Assembly: GCF_006345805.1 (NCBI RefSeq)
Contig: NW_021832642.1
Coordinates: 1 to 30,178 of the forward strand
DNA length: 30,178 nucleotides
Direction of reading: 5' to 3'
DNA from: Octopus sinensis
Lineage: Eukaryota
Part shown: positions 11,246-21,842 of the stretch, piece by piece
How positions within the stretch are numbered: position 1 is the first letter of the stretch
Layout: every line of letters starts with the position of its first letter
Notes under the pieces: model-generated
What the model saw: the letters and a program-made list of their open reading frames with translations, nothing else
What the model was told of the DNA's origin: nothing
Databases searched by the model: none
Position numbers and translations under genes: made by a program

Positions 11246-11589
11246 CAGGGCTTCCCTAAGAGAGTAGTGCTACCCTTGGGTAGGGTTTGTGGAAAATTTT
11301 AAGGACCAGGGAGCCAAGGCGGCTATGGTCGTACAAATATATAAAACTCAATGTGTAGTTGAGTTTGGATCAGAAACTAAAGTGAAGTGGTGATGCATCA
11401 AATGTTCACTTATTGTGGGGTGATGCTGTGTTAAGTAGTCACCCATGTCAAGACTAGGACCCAAAGGTAAATTAATCTGACCTGTGAGAACATTAAAACC
11501 AGAGATATTGAATCATAGCAAGAAAAGGGGCATTGAAAAACTCTTAGTAAATAAAAAAGGGCCATAATTGAAACGTTTAAGAAGCACTG
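11246..11589. mobile_element. hAT (Charlie-like) MITE
   Basis: Termini CAGGGCTTCCCTAA and CAGTGCTTCTTAAA (reverse complement). 8-bp flanks TTATAAAA and GTATAGAA match 6 of 8. Confidence 0.55.
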
Positions 11590-12964
11590 GTATAGAACCA
11601 TCATGGTTAGGGAGTGGTGGGTGGAATGATTCTGTAAAATCTATAGAGATACTCTAGGTAAGAGACCAGAAAATGTGGCTTTTAATTTGGGAGGGAAGAC
11701 AGCTGACAAATGGTGAAATGCAGAAAAAACATCCTTTAATTTCTTGATGACCATCATACATGTATTTCCATGGTAGGTGAATGTCTGCCAGTTTAGTGAG
11801 GGTAGGTGTTTTCCTCAAGGTGAAGTCAATAGTGTTTTTTTGTACAGGTGTAATACAGTTGTATATGAACCACTCACACCTTCTTACATATTGTATGGCT
11901 ACAAACTAATGTAAGCCCTGACACTGCTGCTGCCTCATTTAGGCTCAAAATTCTGATCCCTACTTTCAGAATATTTCTTATTTTCTCCATTGTTTCTTTT
12001 CATTTGTGTCTCCTCCTTTTCCATAGTTGCACATATTTAGCTGTGGTTGGTGTCGTTCCAAAGTTGTCGCAGATATCTAATCACAAATAATTACTTTGTA
12101 ATAGATTCAGTGATTAACGTAAAAGGATTTTCAATCTTTTCCTTGAGCTTATGCATGAACTGAACAGTCTTTCTAAGCTTTTTTCGCCCTGATTTACCTG
12201 TGCTCTACAGTCAATAGAATAAGGGACAGTTCTCTAAAACCTTTCTTGTAGATTTGCTTTCATTCTTTTTCAAGCTGATCTCATGTGGCTGTTTCACCAG
12301 ACATATGACATCTAAGATCCATGCTTCATTTCAAACATCCTGTTCTTCTCTCACCATCATTTAAATCTCCTTCATCATTATAGCATTAAAGAAAGTGCTA
12401 CTATGCCAGGCATCAGTGATAACACAGTGTAGAATTCATGAGCTTTTCCAGGAATATAAAACTAAAACCCTGTCTGACATATTTAGAATCTACACAATTA
12501 TTTCTGAGGGTTTGCACTTTTATAGCTCTTCACCTGTCCAATTACTTTATACACCATCTTATGGTCTAATCTCTGCGGTTGGTTAGTGTAGATGGTTTCT
12601 CTTATTTACCTGTGTGTCTCCAAGTTTGAAATCTTGTCAGTGTTCTCTTCAATTCATAATTGATATCACAGATACCAGTAATAAACTGGAAGATTGTCTC
12701 AACTGATTTTTTTTGGCCTTCACTCAGACAAAAGTGAGGTTGTAACTAAAGACAGACATTTCATGTTTCATAAGAAAGATTCTTCCATCTGCCATGAAAC
12801 GGTATTTGTACTGGTTTCCCTCGATATTGCTCTGTCCACTTCTATGAAAGGACAGGAAGCACAAATCATGTCAAGAAAGACACCAATGGTCGCCTAAAGT
12901 GCAGAATAAAACTCATAAAGACATAAAAGGGAGCAGTAAAAGAACCACAAAAGGAAGGGTTCAT

Positions 12965-13385
12965 AGGAACCTCTCAATGTAGTGCTTATGAATTACAGAA
13001 AGTGTGGTGTTTTTGAAGGATACAGCTAACACCCAATGTAGATAGTTTATTCCATGCCTTGACAATTCTGAGCATAAAGTAATTGTTTCTGATATCATGG
13101 AAACTGGGATGGGTGTTTTTTTTTACTTTATATAAGCATGTCTCAGAGTGGTAAAGATAAATTGCAGAAGTGGTCAAAGTTGTTATTGAAAGATGAGGGA
13201 TAATCTTGTGGGATTCTATCAAGTGAGTTGCTAGAAATAAAAACTTTTGTGTGTTGATGCATGGAAAAGCAATACTTTTAAGGAATAATAAGTGATTGAG
13301 AGAGGCTATTTGTGTGGTTGTACATCTGTGGACAGCTTCCAGTAGTTTGGTATTCTGGACAAATGAGCATACCAGATTGGAGATG
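12965..13385 (-). mobile_element. CR1/L2-group LINE 3' fragment
   Basis: TSPIWY...KLLEAVHR...YKVKK...FMLRIVKAWNKL is typical of the C-terminus of CR1-type ORF2. Confidence 0.75.
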
Positions 13386-13647
13386 TAACCTATACATACA
13401 TACATGCATACATATCAGTATAGACGATGTGATTAAGGATTGGCGAACCAGATGGCTGCACCAGTCCAATCTTGATTCATATAGAATGAGGATACATGTA
13501 TTATATATATATATCACACACACACACACATATAACACAAATACATATTTACAATATATAATTAGACACACACATACTTGTTGTGTGCACGCTTATATAT
13601 ATGTGTGTGTGTGTGTATATGTAATATACATACACATACATATGTAT

Positions 13648-13796
13648 GATGGGTCTCTTTCATTTTCTGTCAGGCTCACTCACAAAGCTTTGGTCATCCC
13701 AGGGCTATAAAAGAAGACACTCAAATGCCATACAGTGAGATTGAACCAAGAACCATGTGGTTGGAAAGCAAACTCCTTACCACACAGCCACGCCTG
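13648..13796 (-). mobile_element. tRNA-derived SINE (short cephalopod family)
   Basis: The - strand reads CAGGCGTGGCTGTGTGGTAAGG...TTCCAACCACATGG...GGTTCAATCTCACTG...ACCAAAGCTTTGTGAGTG, ending in a microsatellite. Confidence 0.75.
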
Positions 13797-14105
13797 TGTC
13801 TACAAGGTCTCCTGACTCATCTAGGAGGAGTGTAACTCTAAATAAGAGCAAACTCTGGCTGAGTAAACCCCTACAACATGATGTGTGTGTGTGTGTGGGC
13901 GTATGTGTGTGTGTGGGCGTATGTGTGTGTGTGTGCATGCATTTGTGTGTGTGTGTTTATCTTTATTTCTCTTTCGTATTCCTTTTTTTCACTCCTGCAT
14001 CTTCTTTACTCTCTCTTCTCTCTCTCTCCCTTTTCTCTCTCTTTCTTCTCCTCTCTCTCTCTCTTCTTTAATATATTTCACATGTCTTCACTTTCTTCTC
14101 TTCAG

Positions 14106-14260
14106 GTCAACAACAGAAATTCAAATGGTGTTACGGTTCTTATGGCTGCCTGTGAACGAGGCAATAAAAAGTTAATAACCTTATTGATAGAATCTGGTGC
14201 TGATCTCAACATCAGCGACGAAGACAAGAAGTGGACAGCATTGCATTATGCAGTGGAGAA
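14106..14260 (+). CDS. Ankyrin-repeat exon E1 (phase 0 to 2), MIB2-like gene
   Basis: Long CT tract plus TTCAG acceptor, GTAAGG donor at 14261. Encodes VNNRNSNGVTVLMAACERGNKKLITLLIESGADLNISDEDKKWTALHYAVE. Confidence 0.92.
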
Positions 14261-14653
14261 GTAAGGCTTGAATTAACTAAAATCTTCAGATCTGCTTTTG
14301 TTTTCTGCAATTCCAGACAAATTGAATATCCAAAGATACCATAATAGAGGCAGTGTGTCACGAAAACAACATGATAGTAGTAACCAAATAACATCTTTTT
14401 CTCATTTTCTCCATGAATCCTCTTCATTGAATCACAAAAATCTTTTTCATCATTTCTTGTCGTAACAGATTCTTTTTGTTTTGGAGATATTCTTTGAGAT
14501 CCAACAGTTCTTAAGATTGACGCTGTGTGATTCAGTGTCCTCTCTTGATATTGATTTTGGAGAAATCGATCAATTTTTCTCCAAAGAAAATGTTATTTGA
14601 GATCTAAAACACGAAGAAAGATCCTATAGCTTGTTATGGCAGTAAATAATCTG

Positions 14654-15152
14654 TAAATAGATTGAAATGCAATAGATCAATACTAGGGTTATAATTACGG
14701 GTGACATTTTCATTTGACACCGCTAGAAAAAAATCCCATTTTCCGTAGCGGTGTCGTATGAAATTGTCACCCATTATTATAACCCTAGTATCGATCTATT
14801 GCATTTCAGTCTATGTTAGATTTAGGGTTAGAGTTAGGGTGAGTCAGTGTTAGGGTTGGGGGAAGGGTATCTTTTTTACTTCACAAATGTAAATAAACCC
14901 AATCTGTTTCTTAAATGAGGGACATATTCATACAGCACGGAATGTTTTCACCCCAAATGGAGGTCAGCGATTGGTTAAAATTGCCGAAATGCTTGAAATT
15001 AAAGTGGAAATATCTTACAACATATAGAATTTTCTCAATAAAGCCAAGAAAAAATGATGTTTTATAAACACATTCTACCAGTATACGAAGTTTAAAAGTG
15101 TTTAGTTAACTAGAAATTGTGTTGACATGTGCCGTTCAAAAGGAAAAGATCC
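14654..15152 (+). mobile_element. Dispersed repeat with a 5' long hairpin and degenerate TTAGGG tract; same family as 8491-8789
   Basis: Inverted repeat 14663-14725 / 14746-14808, TTAGGG-like units at about 14821-14856, then the shared body ending GGAAAAGATCC. Confidence 0.75.
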
Positions 15153-15495
15153 GTTGTTGTTTTTTGGGATTGATGAGAAATCTGCCTTCGATCAGTTTGT
15201 CTATAATTGTCAGACATTCTCTCTTTCACAAAACGATTTTCCTTCATTATATAGTTATATAATCTGTGACGATCTCTCTGATATGTGTGTATATTCTGCT
15301 ATATGCAGTATTTGATAGACATGAGAAGAAGCTATACATTGTGGGATGTATAAACTAAAACTCAAGATGGTCTTGCTGGGTCAAAAATATGTATACATTA
15401 TACCTTCACCTATTAATATATGTATATACACACACATTTGTTTGCTGTATATTAAGATTACATTCATGAATATACACATTTCAGTTGCTCATATT

Positions 15496-15550
<55 letters not shown>

Positions 15551-16004
15551 GATAGTCGCCTGGGGCTAAATGCATCAGTAACACCCCCACCACCCCGCCC
15601 TGTCCCTAGCCACATTCAGATGGCTGATCCCGCTTATATTATAGAGCAGTTACTGTTTATACCTCGCTCAGAGATTTATTATTGTTTTCGAACGGATTTT
15701 CTATGCCAGTGACTGTGGTTACTGTGAAAATCTATATATATCTAGCCTGTGGAGGAAGTCCCTCAACGAAGAACGGTGCTTGCCATGTGCTGACAAGAGG
15801 CAAATACCTCGAAACCGGTCCGTATGTAGCATCCGTATCTTCGGGGAGGCTGATCTCCCTTTGCAGGCTAGCAAGGACACCGTGATGGTGTCGGCTCTTC
15901 TGGTGACGTCGATAGTCGCCTGGGGCTAATGCATCAGTAACACACCGCCACCACCCCGCCCTCTCCCTAGCCACATTCAGATGGCTGATCCCGCTTATAT
16001 TATA
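15551..16004 (+). mobile_element. 360-bp unit plus partial second copy (93/94-bp direct repeats) in a (TA)n tract; retrozyme-like or Penelope pseudo-LTR remnant
   Basis: 15551-15643 is near-identical to 15911-16004. The unit contains a hammerhead motif at 15784-15826. Confidence 0.7.
15784..15826 (+). ncRNA. Minimal type I hammerhead ribozyme motif with G8A substitution, probably inactive
   Basis: CATGTG (stem I) - CTGACAA - GAGG caaata CCTC (stem II) - GAA - ACCGGT palindrome (stem III) - C17 - CGTATG (stem I', 6 bp with 2 G:U pairs). Confidence 0.75.
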
Positions 16005-16030
16005 TATATATATATATAATATATATTATA

Positions 16031-16071
<41 letters not shown>

Positions 16072-16079
16072 TGCATATG

Positions 16080-16807
16080 TATAGGCATACCTACACAACT
16101 GGGCCCCACGACGAATTTGTTTCCTTATAAACTTTAGACAAATGGATATTTTTTAATGAAATTTCTTTGACAAAATGCTTCAGATGATGAAGATTCCAGT
16201 TATATCGGAATTGTTGTAAAAACAAATTTTCAAACGTTGAGGAGTTGACTTTCTCAAAATTCACCCAAATCCGTTTTGTTTTTCTATAACTTTCAGAAAA
16301 GTGGATATTTTGTTTCTGTGAAAATTTCTACAAATCCCTTTCAAATGGTGTAGATTAGGATTATATCGGAATTTAACATGAAAAAACTTTAAAACTTTGA
16401 TGGTTTCGCACACATACATACTGACACACATCACAGTTATTTTCCTAAAGTTCATCTTTTTATTTTCTGTTTTGTGTCAGTGTATATCTGTGCGAATCCA
16501 CCAATTTTTATAATTTTCTTCATATTAAATTCCGATATAATCGAAATCTTCACCATCTGAAACGGTTTTATTGAAAATTTCATTTGAAAATATCTATTTT
16601 TTTGGAAAGAAAGCCGACTCGGGTGAACTTTCCTAAATTTCTCTCTCCACCCACCGAAAAGTTTTTTCTCACAACAAATTCCGATATAATTGGAATATTT
16701 GCCATCTGAAGGATATTTGTGAAAGAAATTTCATTGAAAAACATCCATTTTTCTAGAAGTTACAAGGAAACATTCGTCTGGGGCACATTTGTGTAGGTTT
16801 GCCTTTA
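16080..16807. mobile_element. ~720-bp foldback MITE with IR/DR-type arms
   Basis: Arms begin AGGCA(T/A)ACCTACACAA and pair almost to the centre. TTATATCGGAATT occurs at 16200 and 16361, and inverted at 16528 and 16677. Confidence 0.85.
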
Positions 16808-16958
16808 CATACATACATATTTGCATATATATTTATATATATACACACACGAGGCTGTAGTATACATAGGTTTTTATGCATTTAATGGAACACGAGTGTA
16901 TATTTGATGTAATTATTAAGTGAATGTGATGTTTTATGTTTGTTTTTCTTCCTTTCAG

Positions 16959-17114
16959 CCACAAAAAGGCTGCTGTGGCCTTATTAGTTTCCAATGGAGT
17001 AAATGTTAATAAGCAGGACTCATGGGGCAACACACCTCTACATCGGGCTGTGGCGAATAACTATGAAGATGTAGTCAAAGTCCTGTTAAACAGCAAAGAA
17101 ATAACAATTTACAG
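16959..17114 (+). CDS. Ankyrin-repeat exon E2 (starts phase 2)
   Basis: cttcctttcag acceptor in phase with E1 (AA+C = Asn). Encodes HKKAAVALLVSNGVNVNKQDSWGNTPLHRAVANNYEDVVKVLLNSKEITI. Donor AG|GTCAGC at 17115 ends phase 2, mismatching E3. Confidence 0.88.
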
Positions 17115-17122
17115 GTCAGCGA

Positions 17123-17160
<38 letters not shown>

Positions 17161-17881
17161 ATGTATAATGATATGTATGTTGGTTTGTGTTATATGTATA
17201 TGATGTATACATACAGTTTAGTGCCCTAAATTTTGTTTCTTCATTATTGACGAGTTATATCTTTTAAATAAAAGTTGCTCATTTCCTTGTGTTTAGATAA
17301 TGATTATGGTAATGAAATATCTTTGATGAGTTGCAGACCAATACCCTTCCACCCTCAACACACACTTTTCCACTTTCGTTCCCACAATCCACACATAATT
17401 CTTTGCTACAACATTGAAAAGGGTGGATTTCTGTTAAATTTCATTGAAAAAACCGGTTGGTCTTTCGGAGTTGGTCTCACAAAACTGAAATTATTTGTTC
17501 GCCAGTTTCTCAAAACAGTTAATATTTTTTTAATTAAAAAATTTTCTTCAGCTCACACAGACCTGTACATACATACACAAATATACACACATAAACGCAT
17601 ATATACACAAAAATGCATAAACAAATGATCAGTGAAGATATAAAGCACGTATGTATATATAGGTATTTATGTATATATGTGTGAGAGTGTATATATATAT
17701 ATATATATATGCATACACATGTGTGTGTGTGTATAGATACATTATAAATCTCATTTATTTTCCCCTCACCTTCATTCCACCTGTTTAAATTAATCTGATT
17801 CTCTTTTTGACATTTTTCATTTTTTTCCTTCTTCCCCCAATAAACACCATCTTTAATGTCTTTATTGTTTATCTTTTTTAG

Positions 17882-18138
17882 GTTAATCAGCGAAATAATG
17901 AGGGTTGGACAGCTGTCCATCTTGCCTGTAAATATGGACAAATAAACATTGTTGAACTTCTCCTGCAACAGAATGGCTCTGACATCTGTGCTGTGACCAA
18001 GCATGGTTCCACCCTTCTCCATATTGCCTCTGCTCATGGACGCATGGAAGTTGTTGATTTTCTGCTGCAACAGAATGGCATAGATGCCAATAAGGTCAAC
18101 AAAGAGGGTGACACCCCTCTACATTGGGCAGTTCAAAA
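17882..18138 (+). CDS. Ankyrin-repeat exon E3 (phase 0 to 2); absent from the ORF track
   Basis: AG-free pyrimidine tract plus TAG acceptor (AG 17880-81), GTAAGT donor at 18139. Encodes VNQRNNEGWTAVHLACKYGQINIVELLLQQNGSDICAVTKHGSTLLHIASAHGRMEVVDFLLQQNGIDANKVNKEGDTPLHWAVQ. Confidence 0.93.
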
Positions 18139-18885
18139 GTAAGTCCCCAATGGATTTGGATTATCCAAATCTGTTTCTTTAATGTTTGTTTTCTTGTTTC
18201 GAGTCATTCATGTCATAATCCCACCATGGGTCGTCATGCTTCACTTCTCTCTCTCTCTCTCTCTCACTCTAATGACACTGTAATCTAACTTCAATAATTA
18301 ATCATCATAATTATTGTTGTTGTTGTTACCTGACTGGATTCTTTACTTCATCTCATCCTTCGTTACCTCAACGTTACAGGTTCAAATCCTCTCCCTTCTT
18401 CCTTTCATTCCATGTAAAACACCTCACCCTCCCTTCTCTTGCAATTTTCCTCTTTCCTCTGGCCCTGTGCTAAATGCAGAATCATCCCCTTACTTTGATC
18501 CGTTTGTGTTCCAAATTCAACTCCTGGGCTCAAAATCTGTACCAGTAATATCCAGGGGTTCATTTAATAAATTGTCCTCCCTCTTTACTCCTGTTCTTGT
18601 GTCTGATTACTAAGTGTTGATATCTGGACGGTTTCCTAGTCTTCTGATTGTTTACGGAATATGTGGTGTAATTTTTAATTATGTATCTTATGCAAATAAC
18701 CTACATCTTCTTTACACTGGTTATGGTAAATCTGTGTTCTGAGTTTATACCCTTCTTATAATTTTTATCTCAATATTTTCCATCCTTTGCCTTTTATTAA
18801 CCCTTACGTCTTTCTACCCTTTTACGCCCCTCTTTTTTGTATATTACGAATTACCCTTCCGACCCTTTTCGTTGTATTAACAATT

Positions 18886-19807
18886 GGCGATCTTTCGTTT
18901 GTAGTAGCACGTTTCCGTCGATGATTTCCGTAAAAAACTTTTATTTTTTTACATATGGGCTTGCGGGAACATTTGAAGTAATGAGAGCGAAAGACACTCA
19001 GAGGAAGCGATTTTATGACGAGGGAATTTCTTTAGAAGTTACCGAAGCATTGATGTACATGTGTGTGTGTGTGTTTGATGGGGTGTGGGAGACAGACAGT
19101 ATGTTGTGTAAGTGAAGTGCTTCTGTTAGTGTGTGTGAAGAGACAGAGAGAGTAATGTGTGAAAGAGAGAGATAACTGAAATTTTTTACTCGGTGTATGT
19201 GTATATGTATGTATGCATGTATGTGTGTGTGTGTATGTATCTATGTATGTGTGTGTGTGTATGTATGTGTGTATGTATCTATGTATGTGTGTGTGTATGT
19301 ATGTATGTATGGCCGATTCAGTGTAATTTTTTACTCGGTGTATGTGTATATGTATGTCTGAATGTATGTGTGTGTAAGTATCTGTGTGTGTATGTGTGTA
19401 TGTATGTATGTATGGCCGATTCAGTATAATTTTTTACTCGGTGTATGTGTATATGTATATCTGCATGTATGTGTGTGTGTGTATGTATCTACACATACAC
19501 CGAGTAAAAAATTTCAGTTATCTCTCTCTTTCACACATTACTCTCTCTGTCTCTTCACACACACTAACAGAAGCACTTCACTTACACAACATACTGTCTG
19601 TCTCCCACACCCCATCAAACACACACACACACATGTACATCAATGCTTCGGTAACTTCTAAAGAAATTCCCTCGTCATAAAATCGCTTCCTCTTAGTCTC
19701 TTTCGCTCTCATTACTTCAAATGTTCCCGCAAGCCCATATGTAAAAAAATAAAAGTTTTTTACGGAAATCATCGACGGAAACGTGCTACTACAAACGAAA
19801 GATTGCC
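18886..19807. mobile_element. Merlin-like non-autonomous DNA transposon with 318-bp TIRs and 8-bp TSD
   Basis: TSD TAACAATT at 18878-85 and 19808-15. Termini GGCGATC / GGCAATC. Arms 18886-19203 and 19490-19807 differ at only about 3 positions by eye. Confidence 0.85.
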
Positions 19808-19860
19808 TAACAATTAATATTATCTTAATTTTAATGATTCTTAATACTATTTTAGTTAAC

Positions 19861-21280
19861 AGTATGTATGTGTATGTTGTTGGCATCGTTTTTGTCTCGG
19901 GAGACAATGGAGTTGCGCATAAAATAGTCCAGTCCGGCTTTTACATTCTTTGTCCTGATACATCTCCTGCTTTGGCTGTGTAGTCCTATCCTGGACAAAC
20001 ACTCCCTCTGGCAGGTACCGCAAATGTAGCGAAGACTGTTCCTGGCTGGTTGTAATGCCATAGTTTCTTGCTGGCGTCTTTTCTTGTCTTTCCATTTCTC
20101 CTCTCTCTCCCTGTCACTCCTTTGTATTCCCTCTTTTACGGTACGTCGCCAAATCCACGGTTGCCGGCAACTGCTTCCCAATTGCTAATATTGATGTTGC
20201 AGGCCTTCATGTCCCTTTTGCAAACATCCCTGTAACGTAAGATCGGTCTACCCACAGACCTAGTACCCCTAGCAAGCTCTCCGTAGAGTATGTCCTTGGG
20301 GATTCTGCCATCTTTCATACGGCTAACATGCCCAAGCTATCTCATACGTTTTTGTGTGAGGAGTGCAAACATGCTTGGTATTCCTGCTTGCCTGAGGACA
20401 TCTTTGTTGGGGATATGATTCTGCCATTTGATGCGGAGGATTTTCCGGAGGCAGCGCAGGTGAAAGATGTTTAGGTGAGGCTCTTGGTGTGTGTATAGCG
20501 TGCAAGTCTCACTTCCATACAGTAGAGTGCTGAGTACACATGCCTGGTAGATCTTCATTTTCGTGGTCTTGGTCAGCTTATTGTTGTCCCATGCTCGTTT
20601 GGAGAGTTGGGCCATCGCAGCAGCTGCCTTGCCAATGCGTATATTGAGCTCAGCGTCAACGGATAGGTTGTAGGTGACGGTAGAGCCAAGATAGGTAAAC
20701 TTCTCCACCTCCTGTAATCTGTGGTCTCCAATATGTATGTTTGGGATGTCCTATGTAGCCTGACCCATGATGTTGGTCTTCTTAAGGATGATAGCTAAGC
20801 CAAAGTCGTTACATGCTTGCTCAAAACAGTCAATGAGCCTTTGGAGGGCTTCTTCTGTGTGTGATACCAGAGCGGCATCATCAGCAAATAGCATCTCCTT
20901 GATCAGGACGTTTCTGATTTTGGTCTTGGCACGCAGGCGCGAGAGATTGAACAGTTTCCCGTCACTTCTACTGTGCAGAAACACTCCATCATCTGATGTC
21001 TGAAAGGCATGTGAGAGCAAGAGCGAGAAAACAATGCCAAATAATGTAGGAGCGAGGACACAACCTTGCTTTACCCCGTTTTTTATTTGGAAGGCGGCTG
21101 ATGTTGAACCATTGTGCTGTATGGTGCCTTGCATATCATCATGGAAAGACTTGATGATCCTCAGCAGCTTTGGTGGACATCCGATTTTTGGAGCAGGATG
21201 AAGAGGCCTTTTCTACTTACCGAGTCAAAGGCCTTTGTTAGATCAATGAAGGCCATATATAGTGGCATTTTCTGCTCTCT
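19861..21280 (-). mobile_element. 5'-truncated RTE (BovB-like) LINE, frameshifted
   Basis: PLYMAFIDLTKAFDSV, GVKQGCVLAPTLF, MLFADDAAL, FTYLGS, LLYGSET, WLGHVSRM, GRP, a C-terminal CxxCxRxC...GLxSxxRxC motif and an RTE-type 3' end. Split over at least 4 ORFs. Confidence 0.95.
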
Positions 21281-21319
21281 ATGTGTATGTATATATATAT
21301 ATATATATATACATATATA

Positions 21320-21354
<35 letters not shown>

Positions 21355-21842
21355 ATATATACGTACATAGTTATGTATGTAAGCTTGTATTTTCTGTTTT
21401 TGTTTTTTATCTATGTATATATGTGTAAGCGCATATATACGTGTGTATGTATGTAAGTGTATCTTAATAAACCAACCGTAACGAAAACAATTGAAATTCA
21501 AATGTTCCAGTCAATCCTATTGAGCTTTCAATCTTAAATTATTTCTAAACTTACCACTTAATATATATCACCGTAAAAAATCTGACTTGTATGCGTTTAT
21601 ATGCATGTACACTTCTAGATTTTGCTATGATGTAAATCAATATTTTTCATTTTATATGTATTTGCTGATCTATAATGTTTTGCCTTGTACTGTATTATTA
21701 TTGTTGTTATTGTTATTATGTTGCTATTTCACTATATTATGCTGTTGATGTATTCTATCTGATTTTTCCCACCTAATATGTACTGTGAACCGCGTGATGC
21801 ACATAGTTTTACTGGTATTATTATTAATAATAAAAAGAAGAG

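Noticed and set aside
11800-12330. Weak pogo/Tigger-like words on the - strand (for example DICDNFGTTPTTA)
   Set aside because: No TIRs, no continuous frame and no DDE motif found; too degenerate to call.
14821-14860. TTAGGG units as an interstitial telomere or chromosome-fusion scar
   Set aside because: Only a few degenerate units, embedded in a dispersed repeat family.
17534-18070. 178-aa minus-strand ORF, the longest in the track
   Set aside because: It is the antisense of ankyrin exon E3 plus microsatellite. The + strand frame has the ankyrin motifs and splice sites.
18837-19907. Two near-identical ORFs on opposite strands (18837-19115 +, 19578-19907 -) suggesting a duplicated gene
   Set aside because: They are the two TIR arms of the Merlin-like MITE, with no protein homology recognised.
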